In this document: piece after piece, positions 1-9,893 of the stretch | Layout: each line of letters begins with the position of its first letter | Numbering within the stretch: the first letter of the stretch is position 1 | From: Ostreococcus lucimarinus | Lineage: Eukaryota | Reading direction: 5' to 3' (one strand) | Assembly: GCA_000092065.1 (NCBI GenBank) | Contig: CP000600.1 | DNA: 64,000 nucleotides | Program-made: the position numbers and the translations under genes | Notes under the pieces: generated by a model | Told to the model about the DNA's origin: nothing | Seen by the model: only the letters and a program-made list of their open reading frames with translations | Database searches by the model: none

Positions 1-657
1 TGACAACATCCATGTCCACGCTCATACCTCGTCCTTTGATCGGCGTCGTTCTCGTCGACAGCGACGTCGGCGGTAGACCGCCGTCGCCGCCCGCTCTCTT
101 CTCCTTGCTCGCGCCGTGCGAAAATCGCCTATCCGCGAGCTCGCCCACGACACCATCGTCCACGGCTCGCACGTGCGACGCGCTCGCGTACGCGTTCAAC
201 GCCGTCCCAGAGCTCTTCCCGAACGACGCTTCCTTCTTCGGCGACGTCATCACTCGACTCGCGCTCGCGGCGCCGCGCGGCGACTCCCCGAGCGCGCGCG
301 CCGACCGTCGCCCCATCCCCGTCCCGACCCGCTCCGCGTTCGTCTGCGCCGCGCGCGACGCGGCGTGTCCATCGCCTCTCCCTCGCGTCGCGTTCGCGCC
401 TTTCCCGCGCGCTCGCTCGCTCGCGCGCGCCCCGTCGTCGACATCGCCGTCTTTGAATTCGAACGCCCGCGCGTCGTCGTCGTTCGTCGTCGCCGTCGTC
501 GTCGCCGTCGTCGTCGAGCGCGGCGACGACGCGTCATCGCGATGCGGTTTCGTGCACGCGCATCCCATGGCGCGTCGTCTTCGCGACGCGACGCGACGCG
601 ACGCGATGTGATGTTTGTCGCGAGGCGTCGTCGGTCGTTACACGTCGTCGCGCCGCG

Positions 658-1458
658 ATGCGCGCGTACTTGGTGCGTCACGCGCAGAGCGAGAACAACG
701 TCCTGCGCGCGCCCGGGCTGGACAACGCCGAGCGAAGCGCCGACCCCGGGGTCACGGCGAGGGGCTGCCGACAGATGGATGCGCTCGAGGCGCGTTTCGC
801 GAGACTGCGCGCCGAGACGGCGAGAGGGATCGCGCTGTACGCGTCACCGATGCGTCGGTGCTTGCTCACGGCGAACGCGATGGCGCGAGGGATGCGGACG
901 CGGGCCAAGGTGATGATCGACGCGCACGAGCACGGCGGATGCTTTCGCGGCGCGCGCGGACGAGACGCGGACGCGGACGGGACGAGTCGAGCGATCGGCG
1001 AGCGCGGGATGACGAGAGATGAGATCGAGAGCGAGTTCGAGCTCGTGGATGCGAGCGATGTGCCGACGATCGGGTGGTGGGACGCCTCGCGAGGGTGCGA
1101 GACGGTGGCGGAGGCGCAGACGCGCGCGCGCGGCGTGGCGAAGTATTTAATGCACAAGGCGCGCGCGATGGCGGCGGGTGAGGAGGAAGAGATGGACGTG
1201 TGCATCGTCACGCACGGAATGTTTATCGATATGCTGCTCAAGACGCTGTTCGATGTGCCGAGAACGCGAGGAAAGCAGGGGGCGCTGTTTTGCTCGCAAA
1301 ACGCGTGCGTGCACGAACTTCATCTTGACATCGCCGAAGACGGCGATTCGGTGGGATTGCAGGTGTTTAACGACGTCACGCACATTCCCGAAGAGGCACG
1401 CTCGGGTGGCACCGTCGACGGGCTCTCGGAGGCGTACACGAACGAAGGTTCGGCGTGA
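658..1458 (+). CDS. histidine phosphatase superfamily (phosphoglycerate mutase-like) protein
   Basis: 266-aa ORF. N-terminal LVRHAQSENN matches the RHG catalytic motif of branch-1 histidine phosphatases. C-terminal CIVTHGMF resembles the second conserved His region. Confidence 0.55.
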   Translation: MRAYLVRHAQSENNVLRAPGLDNAERSADPGVTARGCRQMDALEARFARLRAETARGIALYASPMRRCLLTANAMARGMRTRAKVMIDAHEHGGCFRGARGRDADADGTSRAIGERGMTRDEIESEFELVDASDVPTIGWWDASRGCETVAEAQTRARGVAKYLMHKARAMAAGEEEEMDVCIVTHGMFIDMLLKTLFDVPRTRGKQGALFCSQNACVHELHLDIAEDGDSVGLQVFNDVTHIPEEARSGGTVDGLSEAYTNEGSA

Positions 1459-1495
1459 GACGCGTTCGAGTCGGCGTAAGTTTCGCCGTAATATT

Positions 1496-1500
1496 TTACA
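1496..1500 (-). promoter_or_regulatory. putative poly(A) signal TGTAA for IMP4
   Basis: TGTAA on the minus strand, 63 nt downstream of the IMP4 stop, in an AT-rich 3' spacer. TGTAA is the chlorophyte poly(A) signal. Confidence 0.4.
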
Positions 1501-1562
1501 GTACATTTGATGTTGCAATATATCTAGGTTTGAGCTAAGCACGAGCGCTTGTCGTTTGCGCA

Positions 1563-2438
1563 CTACAGACGAGCCTTCTTCCCGCTTCGCATGAACGGTC
1601 GCAGGCTCCATTCGATGTCGCAATCGTCCATTTCCACCGTCCCGAGCTTGATTTGGTACAAGCGCATCTCGAACCTCGGACCGATTTCCGTGAGCGCGAC
1701 TGATTTCGCCCCTTTCGGCATCTCATACATGTGATGGCGCAAAGAAATATAATCAGCATCGTTCGCAAACGTCACGACGCGCTTTGACTTCGCCTTGGGC
1801 TCGGGGAACAAGTGCTTCAGCACCGTCGCCGTGCGCTTGCCGAGCGGCGACGTAAAATTTTCTAAAATCAAGTGCGGAAACACCTCGCTGACGTGACCGA
1901 TGTCCTGATCCTTGATATCGTGCCGCATCACCGTGTTGGACAACCCAAAGTAACACGTCGGCCCGAACGGTAGGTGCGAAATCACCAACCCATCCGGCTC
2001 GCCCCGGTGTTCGTGCACCATGACTAAATCCGTGAACCCGCCGTTTCGACACAAATCCACCAAATCCGGCAAGATTTGACTCCCGCGGTTGATCCTTTGC
2101 GACGTGGGAAACAACAACTTGAGCTCTTTCGCGAATTGTTGCAACCGACTCGACGGATCTCGCGACGTCGTCAGAAGCACTCTCGGTTCCCGTTCCGCCG
2201 CCTTCGCGTACTCGTCGTCAATCACCCCTCGCGCCCCGTACGACGCCGTCTTCGCGTCTTCCGCGTGCACTTCCTCCCGCAATCGCGCTTCTTCCTTCCG
2301 CAACTCCGTCGGGATCGCCTTGCCGTCCTCCAGGCACTGTCGAATCGTTCGTTTCTTTTCGTACAGCTCGCGCTCCTTGCCTTCGAGCGATTTTCGATAC
2401 ACAAACTCTCGCCGCAGGCGCGCCGTGCGTCGAAGCAT
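1563..2438 (-). CDS. IMP4: U3 snoRNP protein IMP4 (Brix domain)
   Basis: 291-aa ORF starting MLRRTARLRREFVYRK..., the hallmark IMP4 N-terminus. A Brix-domain core (LLTTSRDPSSRL...VMVHEHRGEPDGL) follows. The ATG lies at 2438-2436 on the minus strand. Confidence 0.85.
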   Translation of the reverse strand: MLRRTARLRREFVYRKSLEGKERELYEKKRTIRQCLEDGKAIPTELRKEEARLREEVHAEDAKTASYGARGVIDDEYAKAAEREPRVLLTTSRDPSSRLQQFAKELKLLFPTSQRINRGSQILPDLVDLCRNGGFTDLVMVHEHRGEPDGLVISHLPFGPTCYFGLSNTVMRHDIKDQDIGHVSEVFPHLILENFTSPLGKRTATVLKHLFPEPKAKSKRVVTFANDADYISLRHHMYEMPKGAKSVALTEIGPRFEMRLYQIKLGTVEMDDCDIEWSLRPFMRSGKKARL

Positions 2439-2841
2439 GCCGACGAATCACGGGGCGTTCGAACCCGAACGCGTCGCGCCGTCGCGTCGGTCCGTCGCGC
2501 CGTCGCGTCCGCGTCGACGTCGTCGCCCCGTTCGACGCGTCGCGCACTTCGGCCGCCGCCGCCGCGCGCGACGGCGCGACGTCGCCCGGCGCCGGACGCG
2601 CCGCGCGCGCCGTACGCGACGCGATCGAACCGCCATCAAACGTCGCGCGTCGATCGCATCATAAAACGACGACCGCGTCGAATGATGGCGCCGCGAACCA
2701 TCATTCGCCGCATGGGGTTTACGCGATGGATCGATAAAAATCATCCGCGCGCGATCCGAACGCGCCCGCGTCGTCCCGGCGCGCGCGCGCCCGCGCGGGG
2801 CGTCACAACGCGCGCGCGCTCTCTCGACACACCGATCGATC

Positions 2842-4342
2842 ATGGCGTCTCTCACGCAATCCGCCGTTTTCGGCAAGAAGTTCACGACCGTGAAGGCGTC
2901 CACGAAGCGGTGCGTGCGCGCGCGCGCGTCGACGACGATCGAATCGCCCGCGCGCGATCGATCGCGTATCCCGTTCGCGATAGGGTGATGGCGACGGCGA
3001 TGGCCGGCGCGCCGGCGCGCGTCGTCGCGGCGTCGTCGCGATCGAGCGGAATTCCGCGCGAAAGGAATTTCACGCGTCGATCGCGCGACGCCGCGAGACG
3101 CGAGACGCGTCGCCGTCGCCGTCGCCGCCGTCGACATCGATCGATCCACGTCCACGATCGCGCGTCGCGCTCGATCTCGAGACTGACGAACGTCGTCGCG
3201 TTCGCGCGTCTCGTCCACAGCGCCACCAAGACCACGGTCGCTCGCGCGTCGATGAACGACTTCGCGGAGAAGGTGTCCAAGGCGTCCGTCGCGCTCGGCG
3301 TCGCCGGTGCCGTGCTCGCGCAGGTGCGTCGAACGAATCGAATCCTCGAACGAGATACGAGCGCGCGATACGGTTGGGGCGTGCGCGCGCGAGGGAGAGA
3401 CGACGCGCGCGGGTCGGCGCGTCGGACGTCGAGTGGGCGTTCGTCGGACGCAGAAAATTGCCCGCGACGCGGACGGCGACGCGCGGCGCGCGCGCCGACG
3501 GCGTCGACGTCGCGCGTTCGCGCGTTCGCGCCATCGTGAAACGCCCCGTATCGCGAGAGATCTCTGGACTGACGAATTTGAAACCCTTTTGTATGCGCAA
3601 ACAGTCTGCGGGTGCTGTCACGTACGACGAACTCCAAGGCTTGACGTACTTGCAAGTCAAGGGTACTGGCTTGGCGAACACGTGCCCGGTCGTCGAAGGT
3701 GGTGTGTCCGGCAAGGAAATCAAGGCTGGTGACTACGCCCTCGAGCGATTCTGCATGGAACCGACCTCGTTCACGGTGAAGGAAGAGTCGCAATTCAAGC
3801 AAGGCGAATCCGAGTTCTCGAAGACGCGCTTGATGACGCGCTTGACGTACACCCTCGACGGCATGACTGGCTCCTTCAAGGTTGGCTCCGATGGCTCCGT
3901 CAACGTCCAAGAGAACGATGGCCTCGACTACGCCCCGGTCACCGTGCAATTGCCGGGTGGCGAGCGCGTGCCGTTCTTGTTCACGCTCAAGGAGTTCACT
4001 GGCAAGGGTAACACGTCCCAGTTCGGCGGCGACTTCGTCGTCCCGTCTTACCGTGGTTCTTCTTTCCTCGACCCGAAGGGCCGTGGTGGTTCCACTGGTT
4101 ACGACAACGCCGTCGCCCTCCCGGCGCGCGCTGACTCCGAGGAACTCCAAAAGGAGAACCAAAAGAACACCGCCGCGCTCAAGGGCTCCGCCGTGTTCAA
4201 CGTCGCCAAGTACGACCCGGCCACCGGTGAAATCGCCGGCGTTTTCGAGTCCATCCAGCCGTCTGACACTGATCTTGGCGCCAAGGTGCCGAAGGATGTT
4301 AAGATCACCGGCCTTTGGTATGCCAACCTTGGCAGCAAGTAG
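2842..4342 (+). CDS. psbO: photosystem II oxygen-evolving enhancer protein 1 (PsbO, 33 kDa Mn-stabilising protein), 3 exons
   Basis: Exons 2842..2909, 3221..3323 and 3605..4342. Exon 1 is the stromal transit peptide ([23 protein letters not shown]). Exon 2 is the lumenal targeting hydrophobic domain ([14 protein letters not shown]). Exon 3 is the mature protein, near-identical to Chlamydomonas OEE1 ([50 protein letters not shown]). Both introns have a GTGCGT donor, an ACTGAC branch point and a CAG acceptor. Reading frames join correctly. Confidence 0.88.
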
Positions 4343-4602
4343 ACGACAGGATTACGCTGTATGAGCTGCGCGATGGCGATTTAGTGACGTTGTGCGCGTC
4401 ACGCTGTATGCGAACCGAGTAGTCAATTTGGTGACGTACGAAATAGAGTACCTTAGAATGTGTCGATGATCCGTGACGGGCGGTGTCGCGTCAGCGATTC
4501 CACACGCCGCGATTATTTCGGCGCTTGCGAAACCTGATTTCTCCGCAAAGATATGTAACGAACAGAGTTTCAACTTCCACAATCCTTAAAACGCTAAATC
4601 AT

Positions 4603-5418
4603 CTACTCGCTTCGTCGCTCGCGATAGTATCCGCCTCTCGCAGGATCGAGCGCGGCCAAATTTTGAAACATTTCCCGCGGGTGTTCGTCTCCGAGCGACG
4701 CGAGCGCTAGGAGCGGCCACTTGCACGTCGGCTCGAGATCGCTCACCTCGCGACACGTCTGTCGCTCTCGTTCGAGCAATGATTCACGATCTTTCGCGTC
4801 TTCGATCGCTCGAGCCCGCGACGTGAGCCATCTATGATACATCCACGCGCTCTGATCTTCGGGTTCGGTGTAAAACGCGTTCGAAGCGAGCTCAAACTCT
4901 CGCTCGAGTGTCTCCGCGTCCGCCGCGCCGCGAGATTCCAAAATCGCGCTTCGATAGTGCCACGCGCTGTAATTGCTGAAATTGTTCTCAATCTTCGTCA
5001 GCGTGTACTGCAGCTCCTCATCTACGCCGCGACCGAGTTTCTCCGCCACGAACCGCCTGTACGCCCAGCAATGAAAGTTTCTATCGTCCGCGTTTAACAT
5101 GTCCGCGCACAGCTTTGCCTCGCGTTCGAGCGTCTCTCTCGCCTTTCCCTCCTCCGTCCCGAACGCCTCGATCATCCTTCGCAGGACCCATTTCCTATGA
5201 TACCAGCTCGGATAACTCTTCGGATTATTCCTCAACGCCGTCTCGCTCACCCTGAGTTCGTCGCTCCACCAATCGCCTTCGCCTTCGCCTTCGCCTTCGT
5301 CTCCGCCTTCGCTCGTCGTCGCCGCGTCCCCCGTTCGCGCCTCGATCGTCTCTCGTCGATAATTCCACGCCGTCAAAATCTCTGGACACAAACCTAAGAG
5401 TTTTTCACACGCCTTCAT
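4603..5418 (-). CDS. Rab geranylgeranyltransferase alpha subunit (short, Bet4-like form; prenyltransferase alpha repeats)
   Basis: PFTA repeat motifs are present: NPKSYPSWYHRKWVL, DDRNFHCWAYRRFV, NFSNYSAWHYRS and NAFYTEPEDQSAWMYHRWL. The C-terminal LEPTCKWPLL aligns with RABGGTA. The first ATG is at 5418-5416 on the minus strand. Confidence 0.8.
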   Translation of the reverse strand: MKACEKLLGLCPEILTAWNYRRETIEARTGDAATTSEGGDEGEGEGEGDWWSDELRVSETALRNNPKSYPSWYHRKWVLRRMIEAFGTEEGKARETLEREAKLCADMLNADDRNFHCWAYRRFVAEKLGRGVDEELQYTLTKIENNFSNYSAWHYRSAILESRGAADAETLEREFELASNAFYTEPEDQSAWMYHRWLTSRARAIEDAKDRESLLERERQTCREVSDLEPTCKWPLLALASLGDEHPREMFQNLAALDPARGGYYRERRSE

Positions 5419-5713
5419 CGACGCCTCGTCTCGCGCGCCGGCCGCGCGTCGTCGCAACACGTCCGTCTATCGCGGTCGAGTCGCCCATCGTTCGCGCCAT
5501 CAGTCAGTCCGGTGTTCGCGCCTCTTTCGCGCCTCTTTCGCGCGCTCGCGTCGGCGCACCTCGAGCGCCTTGAACGCGCCGACGCGCGCCGCGTTCGCGC
5601 GCCGTCGCGCGTCGCGTTCGTCGACCGTCTGTCGTCGTCGTCCGTGCATGACGACACGACGCGACGACGAGTGACGCCACAGCGACGCGCGTCGACGCCG
5701 CGGCGCGCGCGAT

Positions 5714-5785
5714 GGCGTCCGCGGCGCGCGCGACGACGGCGTCCGCGGCGCGCGCGACGACGGCGTCCGCGGCGCGCGCGCGAAC
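5714..5785. repeat. 24-bp tandem repeat x3 (ggcgtccgcggcgcgcgcgacgac) in the RGTA/GNAT intergenic region
   Basis: Three head-to-tail copies. The third is diverged at its 3' end. Confidence 0.8.
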
Positions 5786-6097
5786 GCGACGCGCGGCGAA
5801 CGCGACGACGCGAGAGCGTCGACGACGAGGGACGTCGACGACGACGACGACGACGACGGCGCGCGCGCTGAGCGCGCGGACGAGCGACGACGCGGAAGCG
5901 GCGGGGGTGATCGATCCGTATCGTCACGCGCAGGGCGCGTGCGAGGTGAGACCGAAGCGAGCGCGAGCGACGCGATCGAGGGGAGGAGGCGCGACGCGAC
6001 GCGACGCGACGGGCGACTGACGACGCGAGCGGTGCTCGTGAATGGATAGGTGGACATAACGCTGCAGACGACGACGACGGAGAACGGCGCGGTGAAG

Positions 6098-6541
6098 GCG
6101 ATGGTGTTCAGCACGACGGCGCCGGTGGACGTGCTCGAGGTCGAACGGCTGTGCGCGTGCGCGGGCTGGCCGGATAGACCGCGAGCGAAGTTGAAGCGCG
6201 CGCTCGAAAATTCGTTCATGGTGGCGACGCTGTACGAGTGCGACGTGGACGCGAGCACGGGGAACGTCGGAGAGACGTCGCGAGGACGGTTGGTGGGGTG
6301 CGCGCGAGCGACGAGCGACCACGTGTTCAACTCTACGCTGTGGGACATCATCGTCGACCCGGAATATCAGGGCAAGGGTCTGGGGAAAGCGTTAGTGCAG
6401 CAGATGATTCGTTCGCTCTTGGCGCGCGACGTGGCGAACGTGACGCTTTTCGCCGATCAAGACGTGATTCCGTTTTATCGCGCGCTCGGATTCGTGCAAG
6501 ACCCGGAGGGGATCAAGGGCATGTTTTTGTACCCCGAATAG
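6098..6541 (+). CDS. GNAT-family N-acetyltransferase
   Basis: Acetyl-CoA binding motif DIIVDPEYQGKGLGKALV and C-terminal FYRALGF. The upstream frame is closed by a stop at 6065. The first ATG is at 6098. An alternative GTG start at 6050 is possible. Confidence 0.65.
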   Translation, partial: AMVFSTTAPVDVLEVERLCACAGWPDRPRAKLKRALENSFMVATLYECDVDASTGNVGETSRGRLVGCARATSDHVFNSTLWDIIVDPEYQGKGLGKALVQQMIRSLLARDVANVTLFADQDVIPFYRALGFVQDPEGIKGMFLYPE

Positions 6542-6599
6542 ACTCTCTTCACCACGAACCATGCTGTATAATTACCACAAACGATGAATGAACCTATTC

Positions 6600-7414
6600 C
6601 TACGCGCCACCGAGACTCAAGATTTCTCGCGCCAGCGCTTTGCTCGACGTCGTCGTGAGCTGCTCGACGAGCGATCGTTTCGCCTCGCCGTTCCATAGAT
6701 TGCCGCGGCGCTTCACCATGTCGATGGCGTGCTGGCGAACGCGGTCGTCATCGCACGCCAACGCGTACCGAGTCACCCACGCGGTTCCGGTTTGCGCGAA
6801 ACGCTCGCTCGGCGCGGCGAGTAGATTGCTCTCGCACGCGTCGACGATGGACACGCCAAAGTCTTCGTCGACGAATGTTTGATCCTTCCAAAACGACGCA
6901 AACGCCACGATTCCGCACCGACGGTGCCACAGCGACGCGCCTTTGTCGTGCGCCCACGACAAAATTTTCGGCGCCAACTCGGGATTGTGCTTCCACATCT
7001 TCCGCAAAACCTTCGTCGCTAAAGCGTCCGCCACGGCCCAGTCGCCGACGACGGATTTTCCGCGCAACACGTCGCGTTCGAGACGATCGAGCGTCGCCAC
7101 CGTCGCCAACGCGTTCAACGGTTCGCGTTCGCACAATAAAATCACTCCCGCTTGCTTCGCTTCGCCGTGCGTGTGTCTCAACAGCGCCACGGCGTCGTCC
7201 AACCGCGTCGTCATCGCTCGAGCGTCCTCCGTCTCGCCTCGCGCGCGCTTCCTCGTCGGCTTCGGCGCCACCGCGTCGACGCACGCCCGCGTCTGCGGCG
7301 TCGTGCACCCGTAAAACGGCGTCGACCCTTTCATGTACGCCGTCAATCGCGCTCGGACGCTCGCGCTTCCCCGTCGTCCGAGCGCCTCGCATATCGCCTC
7401 CGCCGTCGCCGTCG
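6600..7414 (-). CDS. DNA alkylation repair enzyme (AlkD-like HEAT-repeat DNA glycosylase family)
   Basis: About 270 aa from MTATTATAEA... Motifs TAYMKGSTPFYGCTTPQTR, LWHRRCGIVAFASF and AQTGTAWVTRYALA parallel the B. cereus AlkD segments ARYMK..FLGIRTP, LWLRRAAILFQL and AIGWVLREYAK. The N-terminal 240 aa of the six-frame ORF are low-complexity read-through and were excluded. Confidence 0.65.
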
Positions 7415-7420
7415 TCGCCG

Positions 7421-7798
7421 TCATTCCGGCGCGTACGTCGCGCACCGCTCCAACGCTTCGTCCGCCTCCGCCGTCGTCCGCACGCCGTTCAGCACGCGAC
7501 CCTCGGGCAGGAGTTTCACGTTCGGTCCGTCCGCGCACTCGCTCTGGCACCGCGTCGTCTGCACGCGCACGGCGACGCCGAGCTCGAGCTCGCTCGCGCG
7601 CCGCGTCAGCGTCTCGAGCGTCCGCAGCGCGCCCTTTCGCTTGCACTCCTTGCTCGCGCACACCAGGGCGCAGCGATCGACGTCGTCGGCGGTCGCGGTC
7701 GCGGCGCGCGGTCGCGGTCGCCGCGCGCGGGACGCGCTCGAGCGAGGCGCGGCGACGACGCGCGCGAGCGGACGACGCGCGAGCGAGGCACCGCGCAT
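7421..7798 (-). CDS. thioredoxin-like [2Fe-2S] ferredoxin-domain protein with organellar presequence
   Basis: 125 aa. Cys pattern C-x3-C-x4-C ... C-x3-C (CALVCASKECKRKG ... CQSECADGPNV), typical of NuoE/thioredoxin-like ferredoxins. The N-terminus is Arg/Ala-rich and presequence-like. The true ATG is at 7798. Confidence 0.5.
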   Translation of the reverse strand: MRGASLARRPLARVVAAPRSSASRARRPRPRAATATADDVDRCALVCASKECKRKGALRTLETLTRRASELELGVAVRVQTTRCQSECADGPNVKLLPEGRVLNGVRTTAEADEALERCATYAPE

Positions 7799-7854
7799 GG
7801 ACCGTCGCGGACGCCGGGACGCGCGGCGGCGAGTGAGGACGAGCGAAGACGCCG

Positions 7855-9817
7855 TTACACCGAAGACGCGGCGCCGAGGAGGTCGTCGCCGTATGCGGCG
7901 AGGTAACGCCGGATGATTTCGTCGTCGCCGTCGTCGTCGTCGTCGTCGCGCTCGAGCGAGACGTCGTATTTGATTCTCGGGAAATAGTCCTCTTCTTCGA
8001 CGTCGCGCGCGACCGCGGCGCGCGGCTCGGCGCGAAGCGCGCCGTCGCCGTCGTCGGCGAGGCGACTCGGCGCTCTGAGACGCGCGATGTCTTCGTCGAC
8101 GAGTCGAAGCGCGTCGTCGTACGCCTCGGCTTGCGCTTCATCCGTCGGTAACTTTACGTATCCCAAAGCTTTCGGGTCGAACGACGGCGCGTCGAGCGCG
8201 CGCGTTCGCGCGTCTCCGTCCTCAGACTCGTCCGAAGCCGTCGCGACTTCGAGTCGCGATCGGCGCACGTCGGCGCTCAAATCTTCCGCCAGACGACGCA
8301 CCGTGGCGCTCACGTCGTCGTCATCCTCGTCGTCGACGTAATTACGACGGCGAATGACTTGATACCGGTCGCCGTCGTCTTCGTCTTCTTCTTCGCCGTC
8401 GACGAACGACGCCGATACGATGGCTTCCCGAAGCGAATCGATTTCGCGTTGAAGAAATTCCATTTGAGCCGCGCGTTGCCGGCGTTCTTCCTCGTACTCC
8501 TCGTCGTATTCCTCCTCGTAGTCGTCGTACTCGCCGTCGTCTTCTTCCGTCGCGTCTTCTTCCTCGCCGTCGCCGTCTTCGACGAAGCCGTAGTGCTCGG
8601 CGCCGTACTCTTGCGGGCGAACGCGGTAGTAATTCGGCACCACGCCTTCGTCTATCGGCGTCGCCCGCGCCTCGGCTGGCTCACCCGGGCGAACGATTAG
8701 ATCCACACCGTACGGAACGAACGGCGAGCTCGAATGCGAAGCGCTGACTTCGTAAAACGCGGGTGCGCTCGATCCGGCGAAAAGACGCGCGCACAAAAAC
8801 TTCCCACGCTGCGTGTGCTTGTTCAGGTGTTCCGAGCACGCGAAGCGCACGCACGCCGCCCACGTCGCGGCGTCGTCCACGCGTTTTGATCCTTGAACCC
8901 AAACGCCCGTGATGGGCTCGTCTTCCGTCCCGCGCGCGGCTTCGCTCAGGAAGACGACGCGCCGCGCGCGATCCAACGTCACGAAACCCGTCGTCGCGCC
9001 GCTTTCGTCGCCGCTCGCCGCGCGCGCTTGCGCGGCGACGGATGCGTCGTTTGTGGCCAATCGAGGCGGATGAATCGGCGTCAACTCAAAGCTACAAGAC
9101 GGCACGTTGATGGCGAACGCCACGCGCAGCGCCGCGGCGTCGCCGTCCCCCCCGCCGTCTCGCGAATCGTCCACCAAAGTCGCCACAGCGCGCGTCGGGC
9201 AATACATCGCCGGACACAGAGGCGCGTCGCTCTCGCACGCGGCGTAGAACGCCTCCCGCAGCGTCTCCTCTCGCGCCCACGCCGTCTCGTGCAGCGCGGA
9301 CGCCGCCGAACGCTCGTCCCCCGAAAAATCCCTCGGCAGCGTCTCCATCGCGATCTCCACGCACCCGTCCTCCAACGCGCTCGAGTAGTGCTCGCAATCG
9401 TCCTCCGTCGTCACCGACACGCGCACCGTCTCGCTCGAGTCTCGATTATCCCCGATCAGCGCCGCGCGTCCCGCTTCGTCGTTCCCTCGCGTCCGCGCGA
9501 CTTTCCCTCGCGTCCCTTTCGCCGCGCTGACCCCATCGCGCGCCGTCGACGCGTCCGCGATCGCCCGCGCCAGCGCGCGCGTCGCGTCACCGTCGAGCCG
9601 AACCGTCGTCGGCGCGCTCGTCCCGCTCGACGCCGTCGTCGCCTCGCCCGCGGCGCTCGCGTCCCACAGGATCCCGCGCGTCGACGGGAAGTTCGCGTCG
9701 CTCGCGCGCGTTCGCGTCTCGATTCGCGCGTCGACGCGCGTCTCGACGCGCGCGTCGTCGACGCGACGCGCTTCGCGTCGTTCGAAGTACGCGCTGTCGC
9801 GCGAGACGCGCGACATG
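7855..9817 (-). CDS. hypothetical protein with conserved N-domain and long Asp/Glu-rich coiled-coil tail
   Basis: 654-aa ORF from ATG 9817 (MSRVSRDSAYF...). The N-half is non-repetitive (..FLCARLFAGSSAPAFYEVSAS..NYYRVRPQEYG..). The C-half is extremely acidic (EEDDGEYDDYEEEYDEEYEEE). No family recognised. Confidence 0.45.
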
Positions 9818-9893
9818 ACGCGCGTCGGTGTGCGGCGCATCGGGACGCGCCGCACACCGACGCGCGGCGCGCTCGCGTCGCGACGCGCGCCCG

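Noticed and set aside
12-913. Overlapping ORFs 12..611 (+), 116..913 (+) and 250..681 (-) at the window start
   Set aside because: Three frames are open simultaneously in a region rich in gcgcgc and cgtcgt repeats. No motif was recognised. Frame 12..611 might be the 3' end of an upstream gene, but I cannot support a call.
2076-4162. Long ORFs 2076..3539 (+, 487 aa) and 2882..4162 (-, 426 aa) overlapping the psbO locus
   Set aside because: They are Arg/Ala-rich low-complexity translations in the wrong frame or antisense to the clearly homologous PsbO exons. They are artefacts of ~70% GC, which depletes stop codons.
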